Source: Akkermansia muciniphila
GTDB taxonomy: Bacteria > Verrucomicrobiota > Verrucomicrobiia > Limisphaerales > SIAT01
Direction: 5' to 3'
Length of the DNA: 64,000 nucleotides
Assembly: GCA_945900775.1 (NCBI GenBank)
Contig: CAMDJP010000008.1
Coordinates: 5,296 to 69,295, forward strand
The notes under the pieces are model-generated. The model saw only the letters and a list, made by a program, of their open reading frames with translations. It was not told the DNA's origin and searched no databases. The position numbers and the translations under genes are program-made. Numbering within the stretch: position 1 is the first letter of the stretch; the number at the start of each line of letters is the position of its first letter. This document shows, in pieces, positions 8,643-16,827 of the stretch.

Positions 8643-11600
8643 CTACTGACGCGGCACGCGCGGCACGGGCTCGGTGGAGACGATTTGGTTGAGCTCGCTG
8701 TACCGCACTTCGGGCAGGGGCTTGAGGCGCGCCATGGCTTGCTCGACGTTGACGGTGGGCGGCAGTTGGACGTGCAAGATGGTGTTGTTGAACATGCCTT
8801 GGAGCACGGTGAGACCGGGCAGGGCGGCGGTCAGCGCCTTCTCGCCGTCGGCCTTGGCCAAACCTTCCTGCATGCCGATGAGCAATTGGCCGGGCGCATA
8901 GCTCCCAGTGGGATGTTGCAGGGCAAAAGTCTTGCTGACCGGCGGATGCTGCGCCTGCGGCTTGCCCGGCGCAGGCTGACCTTCGGTTTGCAATTGTTTG
9001 AGGCGCGCCTGGAGCTCGGCCAGTTCCGCATTGATCTTCGCCAAGCCCTCTTGCGTGAACCGGGCAACCTTCTTCAGATTCTCAATCTCTAAAATGCGTT
9101 TTTGAATGCGCTCAATCTCCGCCTGCTTGTCCTCGGGTTTAACACCCGGTTTGCCATCGGGTTTCACGCCGGGCTTTACATCAGGCTGGTTGGCTTTGCC
9201 GCGGTTGGGGTCTTTGGCATCCGCCGCCATGTTTTTGCTGATCCAGCCGGCCAACGTGCTGCTGCCCATGCCGTAGCCGCCGGGTAGTGGGCGGAGATCT
9301 TTGGTCTGGATGGCGGGCGGCGCGCCCCAGTGCGCCGGGAACGGTTTGCGACCGCCAGCCCGTGGGGCAATGGGATTGGCAGGTTTCGGCTGCGTTTGTC
9401 CGTATAGCATTTTGTAAACTGCCTCGGGAGTGCGGTTCTCGCCCGTTCGCTCATTAAACCACGGTGAACCCCCGATGAAGACGCGCCCGGCAGGAATCTT
9501 TTTGCCGTCTTTCATCCATTCCTCAAACGTGGGAACGGCGCCGACAGGCTTCGATACCGGCGGGGCGGGGTTACCAGCGGCATCTTTGTCGAGGTTTTGC
9601 TGTATCCAACGCCCAAGCGAGCTGCTGCCTTGCCCATAACCACCGGGCAACGGGCCGAAGTCCTGGGTTTGAATGGGCGGTGGTGGGCCCCAGTGCGCCG
9701 GGAATGCCTTGCGTTTGGAAGGTTTGACTCCGTCAGGCGGTGCGGCCTCATCGGGGGCATTCACCGGGGCAGATTTCAAACGGTTGAGTTCATTAGCCAC
9801 CATCGCAAACGCCATCACAGCATCGAGTTTGTCACCAGGGTGGGCTTGGGGCAGCGAACCGCCCGCGGGCAGCGTGAGGACACTTTGGCGGTTCCCCACC
9901 GTGAGCGTGACCACGTGCGGGTTGGCGCCGGCAAATTTGCCGATGCGTTCAGGCAACTGCTCCATCTGCGCCGCAGCGAGCACGGCGTTGAGCGATTTGA
10001 CCTGGTCCACGCTCAAGCTTCCCTGATGGGAGATTTCGCGCAGTTGTTGGTTGAAAACCTGCCGGCGATTCCAAGTGCCATCGGGGTTGATGGTAGTAAG
10101 CCAGCCGGTAAAGCCGGCAAAGCCGCCCTGCAAATCGCGCAAGGTGATGGTTTTCTTCAAGGCGCCGGGCTGAGCGGCGGCCGAGAGGCTGGCCTTAACC
10201 GTAGTGACTGCCGCTGCGGCAGGTGCGAGGGCGACTTGGCCGAGCTCACGGTCGTTCTCGACAAAGCGCACATGAGTGATACCCGCGCGAGGCATCGAGA
10301 CAATCAACGGACTGGCGAACGTCGCCGTGTCGCTGGGCTGGCCCGCCGCACGGATGTTCAGCGTCAGCACGCCTCTGACCAAATCCGTCGGGGCGATCAG
10401 CTTGTATTCGTAGGGTGTGTTGCCACGATGGATGAGCGCAGCCACCACGCTGTTGTTGAAGGCAGCCTCGTTCACATAGTCCAGTTGCTTGCCTCCTCGG
10501 CCCAATCCAAAAGCCGCTGTGCCAAAGGCGGTCTTGAAGTCGGCCAAAGTATTAAACAACGCCAGCGTCAACGCATCATCCGGCTTGTATTGGTTGGAGA
10601 CGAAATGGCCGGAGTGGACTTTGACAGCCACAGCCGCCGGCGCAGGCTCGGGCGCATCTGCAGAGATTGCGACTGCGGTCGCCTGCAAGGTTGCGGGCGC
10701 ACCTGTGGGCGGTGCGCCTTCGGTTTTCTTCACGACGCTGAGCTTGATGGCGCCCAACGAAAGGCCCTCTTTTGGCCCATCATCAGCGATGCGGGTATCG
10801 ATGATGAAGCAAGAGGTTAACAGGCCATTCGCATCCGTAAGCAGATAGCGGCGTTGGTGCGGCAGCAGCGCTTTGGCGGCGATGGCTGGCACGGCTTGAT
10901 AGAGTTCATCGAGCGTCTTAGCGGGCGCGCCTTTTTTGTCTTTGCCCACCGCCTCGCCTTTCTCAGTGTAACCGTTGGGCGGCGCGCCGGGTAGGGGCGG
11001 TCTGTTGCGGTCGAATTCTTCGTAGCGGCGTTCCACCACTTTGTTGTCGCGCACGACAATCACGGTGGTGTGGCCAAACCCGAACGCGCTGCTGAAAGCG
11101 ACGGTGTACTCGTAGTTGCCCGCGCAGGCGGTTTTGCTTTTGGCCCAAGTTTCTAGCGCGACCTTTACTTTGGCGATGTCGTCCAAGTTCACCTTGGGCG
11201 CCCCGGGATCTAGGGGCACAGGCCGAGGTTGGAGTAGAGGTGGTGGCTCGACGCCTTTGTCCAAGTTTTCCTGAATCCAACGGGCCAACGTGCTGCTGCC
11301 CATGCCGTAACCGCCGGGTAGTGGACGGAGATCTTTGGTCTGGATGGCGGGCGGCGCGCCCCAGTGCGCCGGGAACGGTTTGCGACCGCCAGCCGGTGGG
11401 GCAATGGGATTGGCAGGTTTCGGCTGCGTTTGTCCGTATAGCATTTTGTAAACTGCCTCGGGGGTGCGGTTCTCGCCCGTTCGCTCATTAAACCACGGTG
11501 AACCCCCGATGAAGACGCGGCCGGCAGGAATCTTTTTGCCGCCTTTAATCCATTCCTCAAACGTGGGAACGGCGCCGACAGGCTTCGGTACCGGCGGGGC

Positions 11601-12230
11601 GGGGTTACCAGCGGCATCTTTGTCGAGGTTTTGCTGTATCCAACGCCCGAGCGTGCCGCTGCCTTGCCCATAACCACCGGGCAACGGACCCAGATCGCGC
11701 GTCTGGATGCGCGGCGGTTCGCCCCAGTGTGCCAGGAACGCTTTCCCGTTGGGTCCCTTGTGCACGACGGGTGCAGGTTTCGGCGCGGGTTGCTTGGCGT
11801 CTTTGTCCAAGTTCTCTTGGATCCAACGCACGAGCGTGCCGCTGCCCGAGCCGTAATCGCCAGGCAACGGGCGCAAGTCGCGGGTTTGAGCCAGAGGCGG
11901 CGCGCCCCAGTGTGCCGGGAACGCTTTGCCGTTGGGCGCACGGTGGACAAGGGCATCGGATTTTTCGCCCTCTTTTTTCTCAAGCTTCTTTGCTGGATCG
12001 GACGGCTTTTCGTCAGCCTTCAACTCGGCGCGGCAAGCTTCGCATTGGTCGAGCTTGGTCGAGCATTTCTTGCAGAGCTTGAATGCGCCGCTGGCCGTGA
12101 AGCCGCCGCATTCCTTGCATTCGCCGACGCTGGCGATGAAGGCCGAACCCTTGTGTTTGGGGCAGAGTTCGGCGCGCGCGGAGGGCAGAAGCGCGAGGGC
12201 GAGGGCGATGAGGAGCAATGGATGTTTCAT
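8643..12230 (-). CDS. 1195-aa secreted multi-repeat protein of unknown function
   Basis: Signal peptide MKHPLLLIALALALLPSARA. Cys-rich segment C-x19-CxxC-x11-CxxC-x7-CxxC. Five copies of a ~45-aa motif (FPAHWGxPPxIQTxDLxPLPGGYGxGSxTLxRWIQxNLDKD) and two copies of a ~120-aa super-module. A coiled-coil stretch (AEIERIQKRILEIENLKK...LAELQARLKQLQ) and a C-terminal ~94-aa subtilase-prodomain-like module. No family was recognised for the whole protein. Confidence 0.85.
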   Translation of the reverse strand: MKHPLLLIALALALLPSARAELCPKHKGSAFIASVGECKECGGFTASGAFKLCKKCSTKLDQCEACRAELKADEKPSDPAKKLEKKEGEKSDALVHRAPNGKAFPAHWGAPPLAQTRDLRPLPGDYGSGSGTLVRWIQENLDKDAKQPAPKPAPVVHKGPNGKAFLAHWGEPPRIQTRDLGPLPGGYGQGSGTLGRWIQQNLDKDAAGNPAPPVPKPVGAVPTFEEWIKGGKKIPAGRVFIGGSPWFNERTGENRTPEAVYKMLYGQTQPKPANPIAPPAGGRKPFPAHWGAPPAIQTKDLRPLPGGYGMGSSTLARWIQENLDKGVEPPPLLQPRPVPLDPGAPKVNLDDIAKVKVALETWAKSKTACAGNYEYTVAFSSAFGFGHTTVIVVRDNKVVERRYEEFDRNRPPLPGAPPNGYTEKGEAVGKDKKGAPAKTLDELYQAVPAIAAKALLPHQRRYLLTDANGLLTSCFIIDTRIADDGPKEGLSLGAIKLSVVKKTEGAPPTGAPATLQATAVAISADAPEPAPAAVAVKVHSGHFVSNQYKPDDALTLALFNTLADFKTAFGTAAFGLGRGGKQLDYVNEAAFNNSVVAALIHRGNTPYEYKLIAPTDLVRGVLTLNIRAAGQPSDTATFASPLIVSMPRAGITHVRFVENDRELGQVALAPAAAAVTTVKASLSAAAQPGALKKTITLRDLQGGFAGFTGWLTTINPDGTWNRRQVFNQQLREISHQGSLSVDQVKSLNAVLAAAQMEQLPERIGKFAGANPHVVTLTVGNRQSVLTLPAGGSLPQAHPGDKLDAVMAFAMVANELNRLKSAPVNAPDEAAPPDGVKPSKRKAFPAHWGPPPPIQTQDFGPLPGGYGQGSSSLGRWIQQNLDKDAAGNPAPPVSKPVGAVPTFEEWMKDGKKIPAGRVFIGGSPWFNERTGENRTPEAVYKMLYGQTQPKPANPIAPRAGGRKPFPAHWGAPPAIQTKDLRPLPGGYGMGSSTLAGWISKNMAADAKDPNRGKANQPDVKPGVKPDGKPGVKPEDKQAEIERIQKRILEIENLKKVARFTQEGLAKINAELAELQARLKQLQTEGQPAPGKPQAQHPPVSKTFALQHPTGSYAPGQLLIGMQEGLAKADGEKALTAALPGLTVLQGMFNNTILHVQLPPTVNVEQAMARLKPLPEVRYSELNQIVSTEPVPRVPRQ
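9250..9653. repeat. Intragenic direct repeat, copy A (pairs with 11284-11687)
   Basis: Aligned by eye with 11284-11687. Both copies are 404 bp and I counted 11 mismatches. The offset is 2034 bp, which is 678 codons and therefore in frame. Confidence 0.85.
11284..11687. repeat. Intragenic direct repeat, copy B (pairs with 9250-9653)
   Basis: Same alignment as copy A. The supplied track also shows near-identical shadow ORFs at 9430-9639 and 11464-11673. Confidence 0.85.
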
Positions 12231-12261
12231 AGGCTAGCGGGGATGGTTAGTTTCGACGGCA

Positions 12262-14586
12262 TCACTCGTAAATCTCATAGGTCGCCTCGTCGAGGACGAA
12301 CTGGAGATTAGTGCCGAGGGTGAGCCATGCGCGCGCGGGCCCATTCTTGGCGGCGAGGTCAAAATATTCCTTCGAGCCGAACTGGACGCGCACTTTCTTC
12401 GCGTCATCGCGCTGCTTCTGCACGGCACCATCAATCCATTGCGCGCCGTTCTGGTAGAAGTTTTTGCCGCCAGCGAATCGCGAGGTCTGCGTGTACGTCT
12501 TCGCCGCCTCAGGCATCGGACGGGTGAAAACAATCTTGCCACCGGTCGCGGCGAGCGCCGGTGCGCCAGCCGCCTCGGATTGGCCGAGGTAAATGCCGTC
12601 GGCCGCGTTTCGTGCATCCTTCAAAGCCGATCCAGCCCGCGCGCCAGCGACGGCTTTCTTCCCGTCTTTGTCCTGCGTGAAAGCGCGGTACTCCACCTCG
12701 GCGCGGTTGCGTTGCTCGCGGTCACGCTGTAGGTGTGAGAGTGTCTGGCGCTCGGCAGGCACGTTGCGGCGGGCCTCATCCTCGACGATGAGATAAGCGG
12801 TGTAAGGGGTGACGATGCCGTATTGGCGCGCGAGGTCGGCGACCTCCTCCTTCAATTCTTTGCTCTCGCCGCGCAGGCGGATTTCATCGAGCAGATAACC
12901 GACACGGCGTGTAGCCCAGAGGCGCGGGATGAAGTCGTTGTCCGCATCCTTTTCAGGAAACTTCACGGCGTACTCCTGCTGCTGCTGCTTGCTGTTCACG
13001 GTTCCTTCCAGCAGCAGATGACCTCCAGAACTGCCGGTGTAGCGGCCGACGAGGATCAGTTCCTCTCCCTTGAACAGGTCAGGCAGCGGCTCGGGATACA
13101 CCTTGGTCACGCGCACGCCCTCGGGGAATTTGAGCCGCGGGTTGGCGAGCACCGGCTCTTTGATCTTCGTGTAGAAGTTCGAGACCTTCACCTCGATGTC
13201 CTCCTCGGGCAGCACGTACTGGCTGAAAGCGCGCGTGGTTTCGGCGATTTTGTCGAGCAGATGCGTGTTCACGTCGTGTCCGATGCCGAAGCAGAAGAGG
13301 CGTGTCTGACCGGCGGCCTTCTTCACGTTCGTGTGGATCATTTCCTCGCTGGTTTCGCCCACCGTGGGCCGGCCGTCGGTTAGGAAAACGATGACGCCGG
13401 GGCGCGTCTTGCTCTCCTCGCGGCGGTTGATGAGATCGAGCGCCTTGCGAAGCGCATCGTCAATCGCCGTGCCGCCGATGGGTTTGGTTTCCTTGATGAA
13501 GGCTTGTGCTCGTTCGCGATTCGCTTTGTTCGCATCCTTGAAACCGCTGAAGAGTAAATCCACGTCTGTGGCGAAACGGAGAATCTCGAAGCGATCGCCG
13601 TCGTTGAGGTTCTCGACGCAGAAGGCGATCGCCTTCTTCGCCTGCTCGAGCTTGGCGCCGGCCATCGAGCCGGAGGTGTCGAGCACGAAGGCGATGTCCT
13701 TCTGCACGACGGTCTTCTCCTTCGCATCAACGCCGGGCGCGGCAAGCAGGAGGAAGAAGCCCTCGTTCTCGCCGGTCTTGTGCGCGAGCAGGCTGACACC
13801 GACGGCGGATTTGTCGGCCGTGTGATAAAGATGGAAGTTCGCCTCGGGCAGGACGTTCTTCGCCTCGAAGCCGACGATTGCGCGGTGCGCGCCGTCGCGT
13901 TTGACCTCCACGGTGTGGCTCGGCGAATAAATCGCCTTGAGGGGCGCCTTCGACTCGATCTCCACCCGCACGCTGACGCTTGGGATGGCCTTAGCCGAGT
14001 ACTTGCCTGTGCCGAGCGGATAGCTGTAGCCCACGAGGCCGTTGTCGCCCTTCAAGATCTGCGTGTAGCTGAGGGTGATGCGCTTGCGGCTGTTCGCCTC
14101 GATCGGGAAGATGCGGAGTTTGAAGACGTCTTGCCCGGCGAATTCGAGTAGCGCGGGGTCCTTCATCCGACGCACGATATCTTCGTAAATGCCCCGCGCC
14201 TTATCGGCGGGAAGAAGCTCGGCCTCGACCGGCTTTCCGCCGATTTCCATCGTGAACTTGCTGATAGCCGCGCCCTTCGGTGCCGGGAAAAGGAACGTGC
14301 CTTCCATGGGACGTGAGTTCGGGTTGAAGAACTCCTGCTCGACCTTGGTCATGGCGACTTGGTCCTTGATGCGCGTGTCTACCTTGAGGAACGAGACTTC
14401 CAGCGGCGCAAAGACGTACGGCTGCGGGCGCGGCCACGGCGGCATCGGCGGATAAGGAGGGTGCGGCGGGCGTGGTATGATGATGATTGGCGGGCGTGGG
14501 CCGTCATCAATCACGATTACGACCGCGGACGAAAACTGAGGCCAGAGCGCAAGGAGCAGGCTGGCGAGGGCGAAGAGATGTTTCAT
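12262..14586 (-). CDS. Secreted VIT + von Willebrand factor A domain protein
   Basis: 774 aa with signal peptide MKHLFALASLLLALWPQFSSA and a Pro-rich linker. The VIT-like region reads VDTRIKDQVAMTKVEQEFFNPNSRPMEGTFLFPAPKGAAISKFTMEIGGKPVEAELL. The vWA domain has an intact MIDAS FVLDTSGSMAG. The stop is 31 nt upstream of the 1195-aa gene start. Confidence 0.9.
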   Translation of the reverse strand: MKHLFALASLLLALWPQFSSAVVIVIDDGPRPPIIIIPRPPHPPYPPMPPWPRPQPYVFAPLEVSFLKVDTRIKDQVAMTKVEQEFFNPNSRPMEGTFLFPAPKGAAISKFTMEIGGKPVEAELLPADKARGIYEDIVRRMKDPALLEFAGQDVFKLRIFPIEANSRKRITLSYTQILKGDNGLVGYSYPLGTGKYSAKAIPSVSVRVEIESKAPLKAIYSPSHTVEVKRDGAHRAIVGFEAKNVLPEANFHLYHTADKSAVGVSLLAHKTGENEGFFLLLAAPGVDAKEKTVVQKDIAFVLDTSGSMAGAKLEQAKKAIAFCVENLNDGDRFEILRFATDVDLLFSGFKDANKANRERAQAFIKETKPIGGTAIDDALRKALDLINRREESKTRPGVIVFLTDGRPTVGETSEEMIHTNVKKAAGQTRLFCFGIGHDVNTHLLDKIAETTRAFSQYVLPEEDIEVKVSNFYTKIKEPVLANPRLKFPEGVRVTKVYPEPLPDLFKGEELILVGRYTGSSGGHLLLEGTVNSKQQQQEYAVKFPEKDADNDFIPRLWATRRVGYLLDEIRLRGESKELKEEVADLARQYGIVTPYTAYLIVEDEARRNVPAERQTLSHLQRDREQRNRAEVEYRAFTQDKDGKKAVAGARAGSALKDARNAADGIYLGQSEAAGAPALAATGGKIVFTRPMPEAAKTYTQTSRFAGGKNFYQNGAQWIDGAVQKQRDDAKKVRVQFGSKEYFDLAAKNGPARAWLTLGTNLQFVLDEATYEIYE

Positions 14587-14894
14587 AGCTCAAGGATAAG
14601 ACGGGGCGAGAAAGAAAATGCTCCACACCATATGCCGAGCGTGAATCCGATCGCAACCGCGGCATCAATGGCATTGCCGCTGGATTTGAGGACGTTGAGG
14701 CCGGCTTCCGTCGCGAGCGGATGCGCAGAGGAAACGATGCCGTTCGTGAATGACTCAGCCGCACGAACGAATCCTCCGCTAACACAAAGTGCCAGCAGCA
14801 GAATGTAAACGCCAAGATAAGGAGGCGAACGAATTAGACTATCGCGTGAATCCACCTCCTCACATCGGCGGCTACAGAACGAGCAGGGTTTCAT
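14583..14894 (-). pseudogene. ggt: Truncated gamma-glutamyltranspeptidase remnant (N-terminal ~95 residues only)
   Basis: The translation contains NGIVSSAHPLATEAGLNVLKSSGNAIDAAVAIGFTLGI, matching the conserved N-terminal region of GGT (compare MVASxHPLAsxxGxxxLkxGGNAxDAAVA). Homology ends after ~95 aa, against ~550 aa for an intact GGT, so the catalytic Thr region is absent. ATGA overlaps occur at both ends, with the gltS stop and the VIT-vWA start. Confidence 0.7.
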
Positions 14895-16171
14895 TGTTTC
14901 AACAAGTTCAGAAAGATTGTGATATTGGTGGCGTTGACGAAATCAATCAGGAACGCGCCGACGATTGGCACGACCAGAAACGCGCGAGGCGCCGCGCCGA
15001 ACTTTTCCACGAGCACTTTCATATTGGCGACGGCGTTGGGCGTTGCGCCCAGCCCGAAGCCGCAGTGTCCACCGGCCATGACGGCCGCGTCAAAGTCGCG
15101 ACCCATGAGCCGGAAAGTGACAAACCAGGCGAACAGAGCCATGACGGTGACTTGCACCGCGAGAATCACGAGCATCGGAACGGCGGCACTGGCGAGTTCG
15201 ATGAGGTTCAAACTCATCATCGCGATGGCGAGAAAGAGTCCGAGCGTCACGGAAGCCAACGTATCAATGATTTCGGTCTTCATCCATTTGACACCGGCCA
15301 GTTCCAGCGCATTTCGCAAGCAGACACCGAGCAGCATCGCCCCCATATAGACTGGAAAAGTAATGCCCGTCTTTTGAATCGCCCAACTCATCCACGCGCC
15401 GAGTTTCACGCAAACCAGCAGCAACACGAGATTCAAGAGAAACAATTTACCGAACCCGACCAGCGCACTGAGGTCGGGGAGTATTCCGGACGCAGAGGAT
15501 TCGCCGGATTCAAGATGCGTGGCGAGTGTAGCGGTGGACTTGAGTTTGAACCGACGAATCAACCCGCCGCCGACCGAGCCTCCAATCAATCCGCCGGCAA
15601 CTAAGCCAAAGGTAGCCGCCGCCACACCGACCACTCCCGCAGCAGGTAAACCGGCCTTTTCCAACTCCGCCGCAAAACCCAGTGCCGTGCCATGACCGCC
15701 GGTCATGGTCACGCTACCGCAGACCAACCCCAGCAAAGGCGATTGACCCATCGCCTTGGCCAACGCGACGCCGAGGCAGTTCTGGATGATCGCGAGCACA
15801 CCTGCAAGCGCAAGGAAGATCAGCGCCTGCACGCTGCCCTTCTTGACCAATGACCAACTCGCGTTCAGTCCGATGCAGGTGAAGAACATGACGAGGAACG
15901 GCAGATTGGTGTTCTTGGCTGGCGCGTTGACCCACTCAGGTTCGATGGACACGAGCCAGGTCCACCATTGTGAGTCAATCTTGGTGTCAAATTTCGCAGG
16001 CCAGACTTGCGAGAGGTTACCCAGCAGCACCAACAACGACAGTAGCAAGCCGCCAACGACCGGCGCGGGGATGTTAAAACGCGACAGCACTTTGATTCGG
16101 CGGACGAGAAATTCACCCAGCAGCAGAACCGGAATCGCCAACGCGATGGTGAACCAGGCTGAAATGGTCAT
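14891..16171 (-). CDS. gltS: Sodium/glutamate symporter
   Basis: 426 aa polytopic membrane protein. The N-terminus MTISAWFTIALAIPVLLLGEFLVRRIKVLSRFNIPAPVVGGLL and the overall length and hydrophobicity match the GltS (ESS) family. Confidence 0.88.
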   Translation of the reverse strand: MTISAWFTIALAIPVLLLGEFLVRRIKVLSRFNIPAPVVGGLLLSLLVLLGNLSQVWPAKFDTKIDSQWWTWLVSIEPEWVNAPAKNTNLPFLVMFFTCIGLNASWSLVKKGSVQALIFLALAGVLAIIQNCLGVALAKAMGQSPLLGLVCGSVTMTGGHGTALGFAAELEKAGLPAAGVVGVAAATFGLVAGGLIGGSVGGGLIRRFKLKSTATLATHLESGESSASGILPDLSALVGFGKLFLLNLVLLLVCVKLGAWMSWAIQKTGITFPVYMGAMLLGVCLRNALELAGVKWMKTEIIDTLASVTLGLFLAIAMMSLNLIELASAAVPMLVILAVQVTVMALFAWFVTFRLMGRDFDAAVMAGGHCGFGLGATPNAVANMKVLVEKFGAAPRAFLVVPIVGAFLIDFVNATNITIFLNLLKQ

Positions 16172-16213
16172 AGGTTTAAAAACACTCCCGCCCCCACCCG
16201 AAGCAGGACCGGT

Positions 16214-16588
16214 TCACGGCACAACGAACACTCGATAAAATCGCATCGTATCGCCATTCGTCACATCGGTCAAAGTGAGCGAACCGTTCGGGACGACATT
16301 GGCACTCACATTAATCCAGTCAGGCGCGCTCAGGTCGGTCGTATATTGCAACACGCAGGTACGGTTCGTCTGCTGTGATTTTGCGCCTGCACGGACCGTT
16401 GGCAAGTTCGTTATCGTGGCTTTTGCAATCTCGCGTCGGTTTTGCCGAACGGCTGCTGGGCAGAGCAACGAAATGGTCGAAAACTCGGCTTTGGTAGCCG
16501 CTCCAGGGTACACTCCACCGGCGCTCGTTGTCGGCGACGACGGCAAAGTGCCCGGGGTTCCCAACCTCACAGGCGATTGACGTTCCAC
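16214..16588 (-). pseudogene. Possible orphan C-terminal domain fragment of a large surface protein (...LQYTTDLSAPDWINV...RFYRV)
   Basis: Only the last ~55 aa (VLQYTTDLSAPDWINVSANVVPNGSLTLTDVTNGDTMRFYRVFVVP) resemble the C-terminal beta-sandwich tail I associate with giant PVC surface proteins. There is no signal peptide or upstream domains, and only 270 bp separate it from moxR. Confidence 0.3.
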
Positions 16589-16753
16589 TCCGCGGCACCG
16601 TCATCCGCTGCTCATGCCCCGATGGCCACATCTATTACCTCCGCCACGCTTCCGATCCCAAGACCAAACCCATCGTCCTGCTCCGTTGCCCGGTCTTTTA
16701 ATGAGTCTCCTTTTGAAAAACACATGACCCCAAAAAATTTCCCCATTTTCCGA

Positions 16754-16827
16754 TTGAATCTTGGTCAAAAGCTTGAATACATTCAGACTCTGCAAGTCTG
16801 ACAATCGCGATCACAAATTAACATAGT
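16754..16827 (+). promoter_or_regulatory. Candidate promoter/operator region upstream of moxR
   Basis: An AT-richer patch in a GC-rich genome. It contains two TTGAAT hexamers (16754-16759, 16773-16778), a 6-bp inverted repeat TCAGAC-N7-GTCTGA (16783-16801), and cTGACA (16798-16803) followed 18 nt later by CATAGT (16822-16827). The moxR ATG is at 16859. Hexamer assignments are tentative. Confidence 0.25.
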
